Shown: positions 27,903 to 37,053 of the stretch, one piece after another | How positions within the stretch are numbered: position 1 is the stretch's first letter | Layout of the letters: each line of letters opens with the position of its first letter | DNA from: a virus | IMG/VR virus record: IMGVR_UViG_3300014050_000003 | Span: 32,001 to 96,000 of that record | DNA: 64,000 nucleotides | Reading direction: 5' to 3' (one strand) | Translations under genes and position numbers: made by a program | Notes under the pieces: generated by a model | Told to the model about the DNA's origin: nothing | The model's input: the letters and a program-made list of their open reading frames with translations, nothing else | Databases searched by the model: none

Positions 27903-28259
27903 TTAGTCTATTTTAATTTTATTTTGTAGTTTTTTATTTTCTTTACCAAAAGTAATTGTGAGCAAACCATCTTCATGTTTTGCTTTTACTTCTGAAAGAT
28001 CTACTTTTCTAGGCAAGTAAAAGGATTTTTGGTATTTTACTTTGCCTTCTTTTCTAGTAGCGTTAATATTTAGATATTCTTGATTTGTAGTAATATCAAT
28101 ATTTTCTTTTTTAAATCCTGCAAGAGGAATTTCAAGAGAATATTGATCATTTTCTAATACAAAATCAGAATATTCCTTGTCCCAACCAAATATAGAATCA
28201 TTAAATATATTTTCAAATACATCTAATGGTCTATGTCCATTTCTTAGTGTTAATAGCAT
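27903..28259 (-). CDS. Hsp20/alpha-crystallin small heat-shock protein
   Basis: LAGFKKENIDI, F-x-LP...VD, AKHEDGLLTIT; strong AGGAGG RBS. Confidence 0.88.
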   Translation of the reverse strand: MLLTLRNGHRPLDVFENIFNDSIFGWDKEYSDFVLENDQYSLEIPLAGFKKENIDITTNQEYLNINATRKEGKVKYQKSFYLPRKVDLSEVKAKHEDGLLTITFGKENKKLQNKIKID

Positions 28260-28293
28260 ATTTAATATGCCTCCTTTCTCCTTTTAATATTAA

Positions 28294-28310
28294 TGCAGTT
28301 TTTATGCCAA
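28294..28310 (-). promoter_or_regulatory. Sigma54 (-24/-12) promoter of hsp20
   Basis: TTGGCATAAAAACTGCA, exact GG-N10-GC spacing. Confidence 0.7.
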
Positions 28311-28339
28311 CTTTTTATAGAGTAAAGTATTATGTATAG

Positions 28340-28384
28340 AGTCAAAATGACACAATGTGAATTATTTAAATTGTCAAAATGTCA
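28340..28384. promoter_or_regulatory. Two TGTCA-N3-TGACA-like boxes (candidate enhancer-binding-protein sites)
   Basis: AGTCAAAATGACA 28340-28352 and TGTCAAAATGTCA 28372-28384, 32 bp apart. Confidence 0.5.
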
Positions 28385-28408
28385 CATTTCTAGTTATATT
28401 TATTTTAT

Positions 28409-28414
28409 GTGTAA
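28409..28414 (+). promoter_or_regulatory. GTGTAA motif
   Basis: 8 nt upstream of ATG at 28423. Confidence 0.55.
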
Positions 28415-28422
28415 TAGCTAAT

Positions 28423-29166
28423 ATGCCAATACCCCAAAAAAAAGATAACGAATCACAAAATGATTATATGGGACGCTGTATGCATAAATTAAAAGACGAA
28501 AAACGTCCTCAAGATCAAAAAGTCGCAATTTGTTTAAATACTTATCGTAATCCTAAGAAAAAAGCTAAAGCAGAAATTGAGATAGACTTTACAGAAGATA
28601 TTAAAAACATGAATAAACCGCAAGAAATAATACCAACAGAAGCACCAAAAGTTGAAGCTAAAGTAGAAGAAGTAGCCAACACGGCAGTAACCGCACCAGC
28701 TCCAGAAGTTAAAATTCAAGAAAATACAGCTTCTTGTGGTAAACCAAATTGTGGATCGGTTCAAAAAGTAGAAGAAGTTAGAGCTGAAAATGATGGTAAA
28801 GGCGAATTAATTCAAACAACTCTTCTTCAAATGCAACATCAATATAAAATTTTACATTGGCAAACTACTTCATTTTCTCAACATAAAAGTTTTGATGAAA
28901 TTGTAAGTAGCTTGAGCGAAAATATTGATGAATTTATTGAAACTTACATGGGTAAATATGGTAGAGTAATTGCTGCTAATACTTTTAATATTACTCTCGC
29001 TAATTATAAAGATGCAGATTTCATGACTCTTACAAATAATTATATTACATTTTTAATTGGATTAAATGATATGCTAGATAAAGCTCAAGATTCAGATTTA
29101 TTAAATATAAGAGATGAGATTTTAGGATCTTTAAATCAATTAAAGTATTTATTTAGTTTAGTTTAA
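28423..29166 (+). CDS. Phage protein with N-terminal MPIP...RCM...AIC module and C-terminal ferritin/Dps-like (DUF5856-like) domain
   Basis: LHWQT..F.QHKSFD, DEFIETYMG, DLLNIRDEIL...LKYL; start refined to 28423. Confidence 0.72.
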   Translation: MPIPQKKDNESQNDYMGRCMHKLKDEKRPQDQKVAICLNTYRNPKKKAKAEIEIDFTEDIKNMNKPQEIIPTEAPKVEAKVEEVANTAVTAPAPEVKIQENTASCGKPNCGSVQKVEEVRAENDGKGELIQTTLLQMQHQYKILHWQTTSFSQHKSFDEIVSSLSENIDEFIETYMGKYGRVIAANTFNITLANYKDADFMTLTNNYITFLIGLNDMLDKAQDSDLLNIRDEILGSLNQLKYLFSLV

Positions 29167-30119
29167 TCTTTAAGAACTATATCTTTACAGTCGTACATCC
29201 AATGAGGTTGATTACCTTCAACAAAATCAACTTCTATTTCCTCAAGAGCATCAACACCATATATTAATTGCTTATCAATTACTGGACTGTAAATTTTTGC
29301 AACAGGCGATAAACAAGCTGCCCACCAACTAAATGATGAATTAGCGCGAAATATACTTCTTGCAAAATATAGTTTTAAAAAATCATCTAACCAATCAAAT
29401 CCTATTTTATCTAAAAAATCAGACCCTCTTGGATAACTCCATCCAGCTCTTATAGTTTTTGGTCTATCTTTATGCCAAGCCCCAGTATAATCATCTGAAA
29501 CCCATTCAATTTTGTCTTTATCAAAATCAAATTTTTTAAAAGCTCTAAAATATGAATCTTTAGAAATAACAGAGTACCCTTGATGATTCTTTTTATTATA
29601 TGACGGATTAGATATATCATCTCGTCTTAAATGAGCTATATCATAAGATCCTTGTCGATCTTCATTTCTTTTATATATATCTAACGATTTTATTTCATCA
29701 CTAAATTCAAATATTTGTTTTATTTCTTTTAAAGACATTGGATAAAATATCTTTGGATTATAAGCACAAACGTTATCAATAAACATATGATCTGAAGTGA
29801 CTTTATATGGTTCATCTTTTGGCATTCTATCATCGACTATAATTCTTTGCATTTTTGGAGAAAATTGTTTAAGAGCGTAAGTTCTAAAATGAATATTATC
29901 TAAAACTTTTTGAGTTTGATTTAATCTTAATCTTAAAATATCATCTTCAATTATTTTATGATATTGATTTTTAAATAATTTAGTACCTTCCCAATCGCTA
30001 GGTAAATAAAATTCGTGACCATTTATTTTTTGATAATAATATCCATATATATATTGATGTACTCTATTACCAAATCTTCCATTCCAATGGCATAAAACCA
30101 ATAACTTTTTATCAAGCAT
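29163..30119 (-). CDS. GT11 alpha-1,2-fucosyltransferase-like
   Basis: GRFGNRVHQY, AHLRRDD, ANSSFSWWAA. Confidence 0.78.
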   Translation of the reverse strand: MLDKKLLVLCHWNGRFGNRVHQYIYGYYYQKINGHEFYLPSDWEGTKLFKNQYHKIIEDDILRLRLNQTQKVLDNIHFRTYALKQFSPKMQRIIVDDRMPKDEPYKVTSDHMFIDNVCAYNPKIFYPMSLKEIKQIFEFSDEIKSLDIYKRNEDRQGSYDIAHLRRDDISNPSYNKKNHQGYSVISKDSYFRAFKKFDFDKDKIEWVSDDYTGAWHKDRPKTIRAGWSYPRGSDFLDKIGFDWLDDFLKLYFARSIFRANSSFSWWAACLSPVAKIYSPVIDKQLIYGVDALEEIEVDFVEGNQPHWMYDCKDIVLKD

Positions 30120-30124
30120 AGTAA

Positions 30125-30153
30125 ATTATATTATATAAAAATATAAATATCAA
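30125..30153 (-). promoter_or_regulatory. Sigma70-type promoter
   Basis: TTGATA-N17-TATAAT, ATG 5 nt downstream. Confidence 0.6.
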
Positions 30154-30159
30154 TAAAAA

Positions 30160-31626
30160 TTAAATTTGCCAAGGATAAAAAGAACTGGAATTAAAAAAGT
30201 TTTGACATCCTCCGCCAGCTATTCTAAATCTACTAAAATCTATTTTATATGTAAATATCCAAGGCCCTATTTTAGGAAGAATTAAAGGATTTTGTAATAG
30301 TCCTCCAGTGGGATCAATAAAATATTGATAATTAACATCCCATGGCCCAGTTCCAATATCATAAGCAGGATAAAGATAATTATTATTCGCTATACCATCT
30401 CCTGCGTCAACCTTAAAACTTCCATCAGGATTTCGCCAAATATTATTTATCAAAAAAGCATTTGGATGATTTACATCAGGTACACAAGGATCGTATAGTG
30501 AAGCTGTCCCACTGCCAACACATCCTACTCTAGGTAAAGTAAATGGAGCAGAATAATAATTAGTAAAAGTATAATTTTGAGGATATTCACCATCACAAAA
30601 TTCTGATCTTGCGCTTGGATTAAAATCTAATGGTACTGGGCAATTTAAAGAGCATTCCGTACCAAAATCACCCCCCATTTTTTGATTCATTTTATATGTT
30701 TGTACGCCAGTAAGTACCCCGCTCCAAGGAACATCAATTAATAAACCATTAACCACGGCTACATCATATTCAATATAATCTTTATACATTGCGACAAAAG
30801 CTCCAACAAAAGCTTTGCCAAATGGATGAGTTGGAAAAGAGTATTGACTAATGCTACATTGAGCAGCTCCTAGCCATGCTACTCCATTTCCAGGACCATA
30901 AATAGCATCATTATACGCAAGCTCTGGTAATACAAGCCCAGCTTGCTCTTCAAAAGAGCTATATTGAGTATTGAATGTTGGATCAAACATTAAAATTTCT
31001 ACATTTTCTATTACCCTTGTTAAATTTCCAGCCGCTTTTTGAATAGCACTTTTAAGATATGGAGGCAATAATGATACCGTTTGGTTTCCTTCGCAACTGC
31101 AATTTGGTTGAAGATTGTCCCACCATTTTGACCAAGTATTATATGTTTTAGCGATTCTATTTCCCATATCGAAACTCACGCCAACAGCATAATTTTCATT
31201 CTTTTTTGATTCTGGAGCAGGGATTCTATTCGCACAAGATCGCGCCCACGGACTATCTACAATAATTACTGCGTCTTTATAATTATAAGGCCCAAGCTCA
31301 TTACTTCCTCTTGTTAAATTATATAATGTATTGCTTTGTATTTTAATATTAGATGGAAATTGTAAAAAACTATTTGCGTCTCCAATAGGATTATTAGCAT
31401 TATTATATCTAGTACTTTTATTTGTATAATCATTATATATATGCCATTTATATTCATTAGCGTTAGCTTTTGTAGCACTTAATCCATTCGTAACAACGCT
31501 ACCATATGGATAAGCAAAAACCCAAAATAATAATGGTATACCATCGCCCCAATAAGTTATATAATTCCAATCAAAACCAGTTAAATTTCCTGGTGAATTA
31601 TTATCTTTAGGGAAAAAATTAATCAT
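30160..31626 (-). CDS. Orphan Gly/Pro/Trp/Cys-rich protein, possibly virion-associated
   Basis: 488-aa ORF; composition resembles the fibre genes. Confidence 0.65.
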   Translation of the reverse strand: MINFFPKDNNSPGNLTGFDWNYITYWGDGIPLLFWVFAYPYGSVVTNGLSATKANANEYKWHIYNDYTNKSTRYNNANNPIGDANSFLQFPSNIKIQSNTLYNLTRGSNELGPYNYKDAVIIVDSPWARSCANRIPAPESKKNENYAVGVSFDMGNRIAKTYNTWSKWWDNLQPNCSCEGNQTVSLLPPYLKSAIQKAAGNLTRVIENVEILMFDPTFNTQYSSFEEQAGLVLPELAYNDAIYGPGNGVAWLGAAQCSISQYSFPTHPFGKAFVGAFVAMYKDYIEYDVAVVNGLLIDVPWSGVLTGVQTYKMNQKMGGDFGTECSLNCPVPLDFNPSARSEFCDGEYPQNYTFTNYYSAPFTLPRVGCVGSGTASLYDPCVPDVNHPNAFLINNIWRNPDGSFKVDAGDGIANNNYLYPAYDIGTGPWDVNYQYFIDPTGGLLQNPLILPKIGPWIFTYKIDFSRFRIAGGGCQNFFNSSSFYPWQI

Positions 31627-31668
31627 AATATATTATATATTAATACAGCAATTAGTTATAATATAAGA

Positions 31669-32406
31669 ATGTTACACTATAAAATATCTTCATTTTGCTC
31701 GTTCTTTAAAGCTGAAAAATATATAAAAGGATATATAGAAGATGTATTAGATCAATCAATATTTAAAGATATTGAATTTGTATTTTTAAATTGTAATTCT
31801 CCAGAAAATGAAGAGCAATATATATTACCATTAACTAAAAAATTTAATAATATTAAATATCATAGATTAGATAAAGACCCTGGATTATTCCAAGGTTGGA
31901 ATTATGCTATAAAAAATTTATGTTCAGCGAATTTAATAAGCAATTGGAATGCGGACGACAGAAAATCTAATAATAGTTTCGAAATATTATATAAACAATT
32001 TGAAAAAAATCCAGAGTTAGATGTAGTTTATGGTCAAACTTATATATCTAAAAAATTAAATGAAAAATATATAGACAATGATTTTAGCGAAATGTATCCT
32101 TGTTTGCCTCATTCTTTTGATAATTTAATTAAAAATAATTCTCCACATTGTATGCCGCTTTGGAAAAAATCAGTACATGATAGATTTGGTTATTTTGATG
32201 AAAAATATCCTGTTGCTGCAGATGGAGATATGTGGCTAAAAGCCTCTGTAGGTGGAGCAAAATTTAAAATGGTAAATCATCCAATTGGTTTATATTACAT
32301 GAATCCAGAAGGTAATTCGACAAAACAAGACAAGCTAAAAGAAGCAGTTAACGAAGTTCATAATATGCGAAGCAAATACTTAATATATAAAGGATATGTA
32401 AATTAA
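31669..32406 (+). CDS. GT2-family glycosyltransferase
   Basis: NCNSPE, GWNYAI, NWNADD, ADGDMWL. Confidence 0.8.
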   Translation: MLHYKISSFCSFFKAEKYIKGYIEDVLDQSIFKDIEFVFLNCNSPENEEQYILPLTKKFNNIKYHRLDKDPGLFQGWNYAIKNLCSANLISNWNADDRKSNNSFEILYKQFEKNPELDVVYGQTYISKKLNEKYIDNDFSEMYPCLPHSFDNLIKNNSPHCMPLWKKSVHDRFGYFDEKYPVAADGDMWLKASVGGAKFKMVNHPIGLYYMNPEGNSTKQDKLKEAVNEVHNMRSKYLIYKGYVN

Positions 32407-33077
32407 TGAAAATTATAACATTTTCTCTTTGGGGAGATAATCCAAAATATAATATAGGAGCAATAAAAAATTGTGAATTAGCAAAGATACATTATCCAGA
32501 TTGGATTTGTAGATTTTATGTGGCTCAAAATACTCCAAAAGAAACAATAAAAATTTTAAAATCAAAAGAAAATATTGAAATTATAGAAACTGAAGAAGCT
32601 GGAGATTGGAAATTTACATTAAAAAGATTTCTTCCTTTTTCTGAGCCTAATGTAGAAGCTTTTATAAGTAGAGATTGTGATTCTAGAATTTCTACAAGAG
32701 AAGCATTTGCAGTAAACTTGTGGTTAAATTCTAATAAAAAATTTCATATTATGCGAGACCATCCATTTCATGGAAGTTTTCCTATTTTAGCAGGAATGTT
32801 TGGAGCAAAAAAAGAAATTATAAAAGATATAAATCAATTAATAAAACAATATCAAATTGAAAATTTAAACGAACAATATCATTTTGATCAAATATTTCTT
32901 TTAAAATATATTTGGCCAAAAATTAAAGATGATAGTTTAATTCATGATGAATTTTTTGATAAGAAGCCATTTCCTACAATGAGATTAAACAACCAATTCG
33001 TTGGTGCAATTTTTGACGAAAATGATAATCAAGACCCAATTGGCAAACAAGCACTTATTGAATATTTAAATAAATGA
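32406..33077 (+). CDS. GT-A-like protein
   Basis: ITFSLWG, RFLP, SRDCDSR, HIMRDHPFH, ILAGMFG, DQIFL. Confidence 0.6.
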   Translation: MKIITFSLWGDNPKYNIGAIKNCELAKIHYPDWICRFYVAQNTPKETIKILKSKENIEIIETEEAGDWKFTLKRFLPFSEPNVEAFISRDCDSRISTREAFAVNLWLNSNKKFHIMRDHPFHGSFPILAGMFGAKKEIIKDINQLIKQYQIENLNEQYHFDQIFLLKYIWPKIKDDSLIHDEFFDKKPFPTMRLNNQFVGAIFDENDNQDPIGKQALIEYLNK

Positions 33078-35320
33078 ACGTTTACGCTACTTTATTTTAT
33101 ACATCAAAAGATAAAGATTATCAAAAAAACTTATATAGCTTTTTAAATAATTATAAGAACATTGGCATTAAAGACGTTTTTCTTTATACAGACGAATGCC
33201 TACCAAATGAATTTGAATGGTTATATAAAGATTTTTTTAAAAAGCATAGAAGAGGTTATGGGTATTGGGCTTGGAAACCTTTAATTATATATGATAGTAT
33301 GAAAAAAATTAATGATGGAGATTTTATTCTTTATCATGACGTAGGAAGAAGTTGCTATAATTTTGATATTCATTATAACATAGCGCCACTAGTAAAAGAT
33401 ATCAAAGAAAATTATGAAGGAATAGGAATAGCGAGAGGACCATTTAGACATAAACAATATTGCAAAAGAGATGCATTTTATTATATGGGATGCGATGAAA
33501 AAACTTGTTGGGATTTACCTCAACTTAGTGCTACTTGGAATTTTTGGGAAAAAGCTGAATTACCTAAAAAATTTATAATAGATTGGATAAAATGGTCTTT
33601 TCATGAAAAAGAAATAATTACAGATCTTCCTAATAAATGTGGACTACCAAATCTTCCTGAATTTGATGATCATAGACATGACCAAGCGCTATTAACAAAT
33701 TTAATGTATTTATATAATAAAAATAATCTTAAAATTAAACCTTTAATGCCCCATGGTTGGGAAAAACCAATGGATAATTGTTTAAGAAAGTATTATCATG
33801 TAGACCCAGATAGCGTTTTATTCGTGATAAAAAGTTGTGAAAAATACGAATCAAGAATAGATGCCCTTAGATCTACTTGGTTAAAAGATAAGAATAATTA
33901 TATAGTTTGTTCAGATCATGAAAATAAATTAAAAAATATAATTAAAGTAACTGATAAAAAAGAATATGTAGAACTAGAAGATAAAACCATCGGAATTTTT
34001 AATTATCTTAAAAGCAATAAAATTTTAACAAATAAATATAGATGGATATTTTTCTGCGATGATGATACTTATGTAAATTTAAACTCCTTAAGACAAATAA
34101 TAAAAGAAAATAATAGATCAATAAAACAGGCTTTTGGATTTGTTTGGGATTGTTTTAAAGATAAAGAAAATTATTTATGTAACACTCTAGATTTTGATAA
34201 ATCCACAAGATGGTTTGATGGTGGCGCAGGAATTCTTTTTAGTTCTAAAGATTTAGATAATCTTAATATTCAAAAACATAACACGCCATTTGATGATTTA
34301 AGCTTAAGTTTAAATTTTAAAAACTCTGGTATAAATTTAATACATGATAAAAGATTTCATTTTCATGCTGGAATAGATAATAAAAGCTTATTTAATGAAA
34401 AAAATAAATTATCAGAACAAATAAGTTTTCATGCAAAAAATAAAAAAGCCGATATTTTAAATTTAATGAATAAAATTAAAGATGCCGTTGAAATAAAAAA
34501 GCCATCACTTGTTATCGGATTCTTTCAAAATTACAATTTTGATAAACTTAAGCCTTGGATAAATTCTTTAAATTCTTGTGGGTTTAAAGGAGATAAAGTT
34601 TTAATAGGATCAGATATCAGCGACGATTTAGTTAATAAAATAAATAATTCTGGAGTAAAATGTTTTAGAGTAACAAATCTCCATAGGAAACCTAATATTC
34701 AAAGATTTAAGCACATAGAAAATTTCCTTAATTATTTTGGACCAAACTACGAATATGTTATTACTACCGATGTCGCAGACGTTATTTTTCAAAAAAATCC
34801 AGAAGAGTGGATTAAAAATAATATAAAAGATAAAAAAATTATAGCCTCCGAAGAATCAATAAAATTTAAACATGAATGGTGGAATACAATGGCTTTTGAA
34901 AATACTTATAATAAAGAAATTTATAAAAAAATAGAAGAAGAGGAAATTTTAAATTCTGGCATTATCGCAGGAGAGACACAAGAAGTTCTAAAACTTTCAA
35001 AAGAAATATATGACACGACGGTTGATTTAGATAAAAAATTTGATATACCAGATCAACCTGCTTTAAATTTAATAATAAGAGAAAAATTTAATAATATTAC
35101 TCTATTTGCAGATCTCGATATAGAATGGGCTACAAATTTATGCGTAACTCATTCTCCTTTTGAAGCGCATAAATGTAAACCACATCTTTTAAATAATCCA
35201 CCATACATGGATGAAGATGGAATTATAAAAAATTCTATGGGTAAACCAGTTTATATCGTTCATCAATATAATAGAAATGATATATTAAATAAAAGAATAT
35301 TGAAGAAATATGGAAATTAA
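33074..35320 (+). CDS. Three-domain glycosyltransferase fusion
   Basis: Domain 1 GYWAWKP/YHDVG/HRHDQ; domain 2 Fringe/GT31-like CDDDTYV, GGAG; domain 3 TDVADVIFQ, NSGIIAG, DQ, VHQYNR. Confidence 0.72.
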   Translation: MNVYATLFYTSKDKDYQKNLYSFLNNYKNIGIKDVFLYTDECLPNEFEWLYKDFFKKHRRGYGYWAWKPLIIYDSMKKINDGDFILYHDVGRSCYNFDIHYNIAPLVKDIKENYEGIGIARGPFRHKQYCKRDAFYYMGCDEKTCWDLPQLSATWNFWEKAELPKKFIIDWIKWSFHEKEIITDLPNKCGLPNLPEFDDHRHDQALLTNLMYLYNKNNLKIKPLMPHGWEKPMDNCLRKYYHVDPDSVLFVIKSCEKYESRIDALRSTWLKDKNNYIVCSDHENKLKNIIKVTDKKEYVELEDKTIGIFNYLKSNKILTNKYRWIFFCDDDTYVNLNSLRQIIKENNRSIKQAFGFVWDCFKDKENYLCNTLDFDKSTRWFDGGAGILFSSKDLDNLNIQKHNTPFDDLSLSLNFKNSGINLIHDKRFHFHAGIDNKSLFNEKNKLSEQISFHAKNKKADILNLMNKIKDAVEIKKPSLVIGFFQNYNFDKLKPWINSLNSCGFKGDKVLIGSDISDDLVNKINNSGVKCFRVTNLHRKPNIQRFKHIENFLNYFGPNYEYVITTDVADVIFQKNPEEWIKNNIKDKKIIASEESIKFKHEWWNTMAFENTYNKEIYKKIEEEEILNSGIIAGETQEVLKLSKEIYDTTVDLDKKFDIPDQPALNLIIREKFNNITLFADLDIEWATNLCVTHSPFEAHKCKPHLLNNPPYMDEDGIIKNSMGKPVYIVHQYNRNDILNKRILKKYGN

Positions 35321-36113
35321 AAAACTTGCATTTTTATTTTTAATTTATGACGAGATTCTTCAAGAAGAACTTTGGTATGAGTTTTTTAAAAATATAAATC
35401 CAAATAAATATTCTATCTATATACATTATAAAAATAATAAAAAACTTAAATTTTTTGATGATTTTAAATTAAAACAATGCGTCCAAACAAATTACGCAGA
35501 TATATCATTGATCTATGCTCATAATGCATTAATCTCTGAAGCCTTAAAAGATCAAAATAATTATAAATTTATAAACCTAAGTCAGTCTTGTATTCCTTTA
35601 AAAAACTTTAATTATATTTACGATAGTCTAACTTATAATGACTACTCTATTTTTAATGAAGCCCCAAAACAACAATGTTTTCCTAGATGCAATAATGTTT
35701 TGAATTTTTTAAAGCAAGACCAAATACACAAATCATCTAATTGGTTCATTTTAAATAGAAAATATGCCGAGTTAGTAGTATCAAACAAAGAATATATAGA
35801 ATATTTTAAAAATACAACATCTCCAGAAGAGCATTACTATATTAGTATTATAAAAGATAAAGGATCAAATAAAGATTTAGTATGCACACCAAATCTCGCA
35901 GAAGGGGCATCTACTTTTACTAATTGGCATGATATGCATTATCCAAATGAATTTAAACTAAAAAATGGTCCAAAAACTTATTCAGAAATATCAGAAAAAG
36001 AACTTAATCTTTTATTAAATTCTCCCTGTTTATTTGGACGAAAATTTACAAAAGACTGTAAGATAAATGATATAGATCTTAAAAGTTATTTAAAATATAA
36101 AATATATGAATAA
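35310..36113 (+). CDS. GT14 (core-2/I-branching) family glycosyltransferase
   Basis: LAFLFL, IYIH, LSQSCIPL, SNWFILNR, PEEHY, LFGRKF. Confidence 0.8.
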   Translation: MEIKKLAFLFLIYDEILQEELWYEFFKNINPNKYSIYIHYKNNKKLKFFDDFKLKQCVQTNYADISLIYAHNALISEALKDQNNYKFINLSQSCIPLKNFNYIYDSLTYNDYSIFNEAPKQQCFPRCNNVLNFLKQDQIHKSSNWFILNRKYAELVVSNKEYIEYFKNTTSPEEHYYISIIKDKGSNKDLVCTPNLAEGASTFTNWHDMHYPNEFKLKNGPKTYSEISEKELNLLLNSPCLFGRKFTKDCKINDIDLKSYLKYKIYE

Positions 36114-36885
36114 TTTAACATTAATAACTACAACTTGGAATGGTGAAGACGCTTTCCCTATAGAAAAAACTTTTCTATTTAAATCTTTTAAAAAATTTAA
36201 TCCAAATATAGATTTTATTTATTTTCACTATAATAAAAATAATTATAAAGAATTAGAATATAATTATAAAAAATATGGCATTGAAGGTGAGTATCTCCTC
36301 TATAAGATATATTTCTTATTAGAAGAAATTAAATGTATAGATTCAAAATATTTATTGTTTGCAGATGCAAATGATATTACATGTTTAAAACCTTTAGATG
36401 GAATACTTGAGCTATTTGATTTGAATAACTTTATTATCATGGGGCATGAGAAAAATATGATGCCGTCTGAATTTGAAAAGAGTAATTGGCCTAATTATAA
36501 AGGTTATTCTGAATTAGAAAAAAATAGAAAGATTTTTCTTAATTCTGGTTTGATTTTAGCTAGGAAAGATCTTTTTATAAAAATGCTAGAAAATATTATT
36601 AAAAATATATTTCCACTTAATATCAATACATTTAAAAACGATCAAGGAGTTTATACATATTATTATAACAATAATATAAAACCAGAGATAAAATTAGACA
36701 CAGAAAATAAGCTAGTAGTAAATACATATACAAGAAGCACCGATGAATTTTATAAAAATGAAAAAAATCAACTAGTTGATAAATCAAATGGCAATATTCC
36801 ATATTTTGTGCATGATAATGGGTGGAATTATGGTAGTCCAAAGTATAATCATTTTTTTGAACTTAAAAGGGCATATTCAATATAA
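36106..36885 (+). CDS. PLOD-type glycosyltransferase-domain protein
   Basis: LFADANDI, EKNMMP, FLNSG, NDQ, HDNG. Confidence 0.62.
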   Translation: MNNLTLITTTWNGEDAFPIEKTFLFKSFKKFNPNIDFIYFHYNKNNYKELEYNYKKYGIEGEYLLYKIYFLLEEIKCIDSKYLLFADANDITCLKPLDGILELFDLNNFIIMGHEKNMMPSEFEKSNWPNYKGYSELEKNRKIFLNSGLILARKDLFIKMLENIIKNIFPLNINTFKNDQGVYTYYYNNNIKPEIKLDTENKLVVNTYTRSTDEFYKNEKNQLVDKSNGNIPYFVHDNGWNYGSPKYNHFFELKRAYSI

Positions 36886-37006
36886 TATTGGGGCAAAATT
36901 AGTAGACGAATCCATACCTATTATTGAAAAAATTGGATTTAAATTAGTTACTCCAAGATTTTCTTCTAATGGCTCAGACGCAGACTATCACTTTATTAAA
37001 ATATAA
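36868..37006 (+). pseudogene. Orphan C-terminal fragment, probably of an FkbM-type methyltransferase
   Basis: HIQYNIGAKLVDESIPIIEKIGFKL...NGSDADYHF without a credible start. Confidence 0.4.
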
Positions 37007-37019
37007 TCTAAAAAAAATA

Positions 37020-37048
37020 TTGTCTATTCTATTTTTTATTATTATAAT
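37020..37048 (+). promoter_or_regulatory. Sigma70-type promoter
   Basis: TTGTCT-N17-TATAAT, ATG 5 nt downstream. Confidence 0.55.
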
Positions 37049-37053
37049 TTATT

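Noticed and set aside
28357-28422. Hydrophobic N-terminal extension (signal-like) on the ferritin-like ORF
   Set aside because: Begins at a GTG within the regulatory boxes; the ATG at 28423 follows GTGTAA by 8 nt and gives a typical MPIP start
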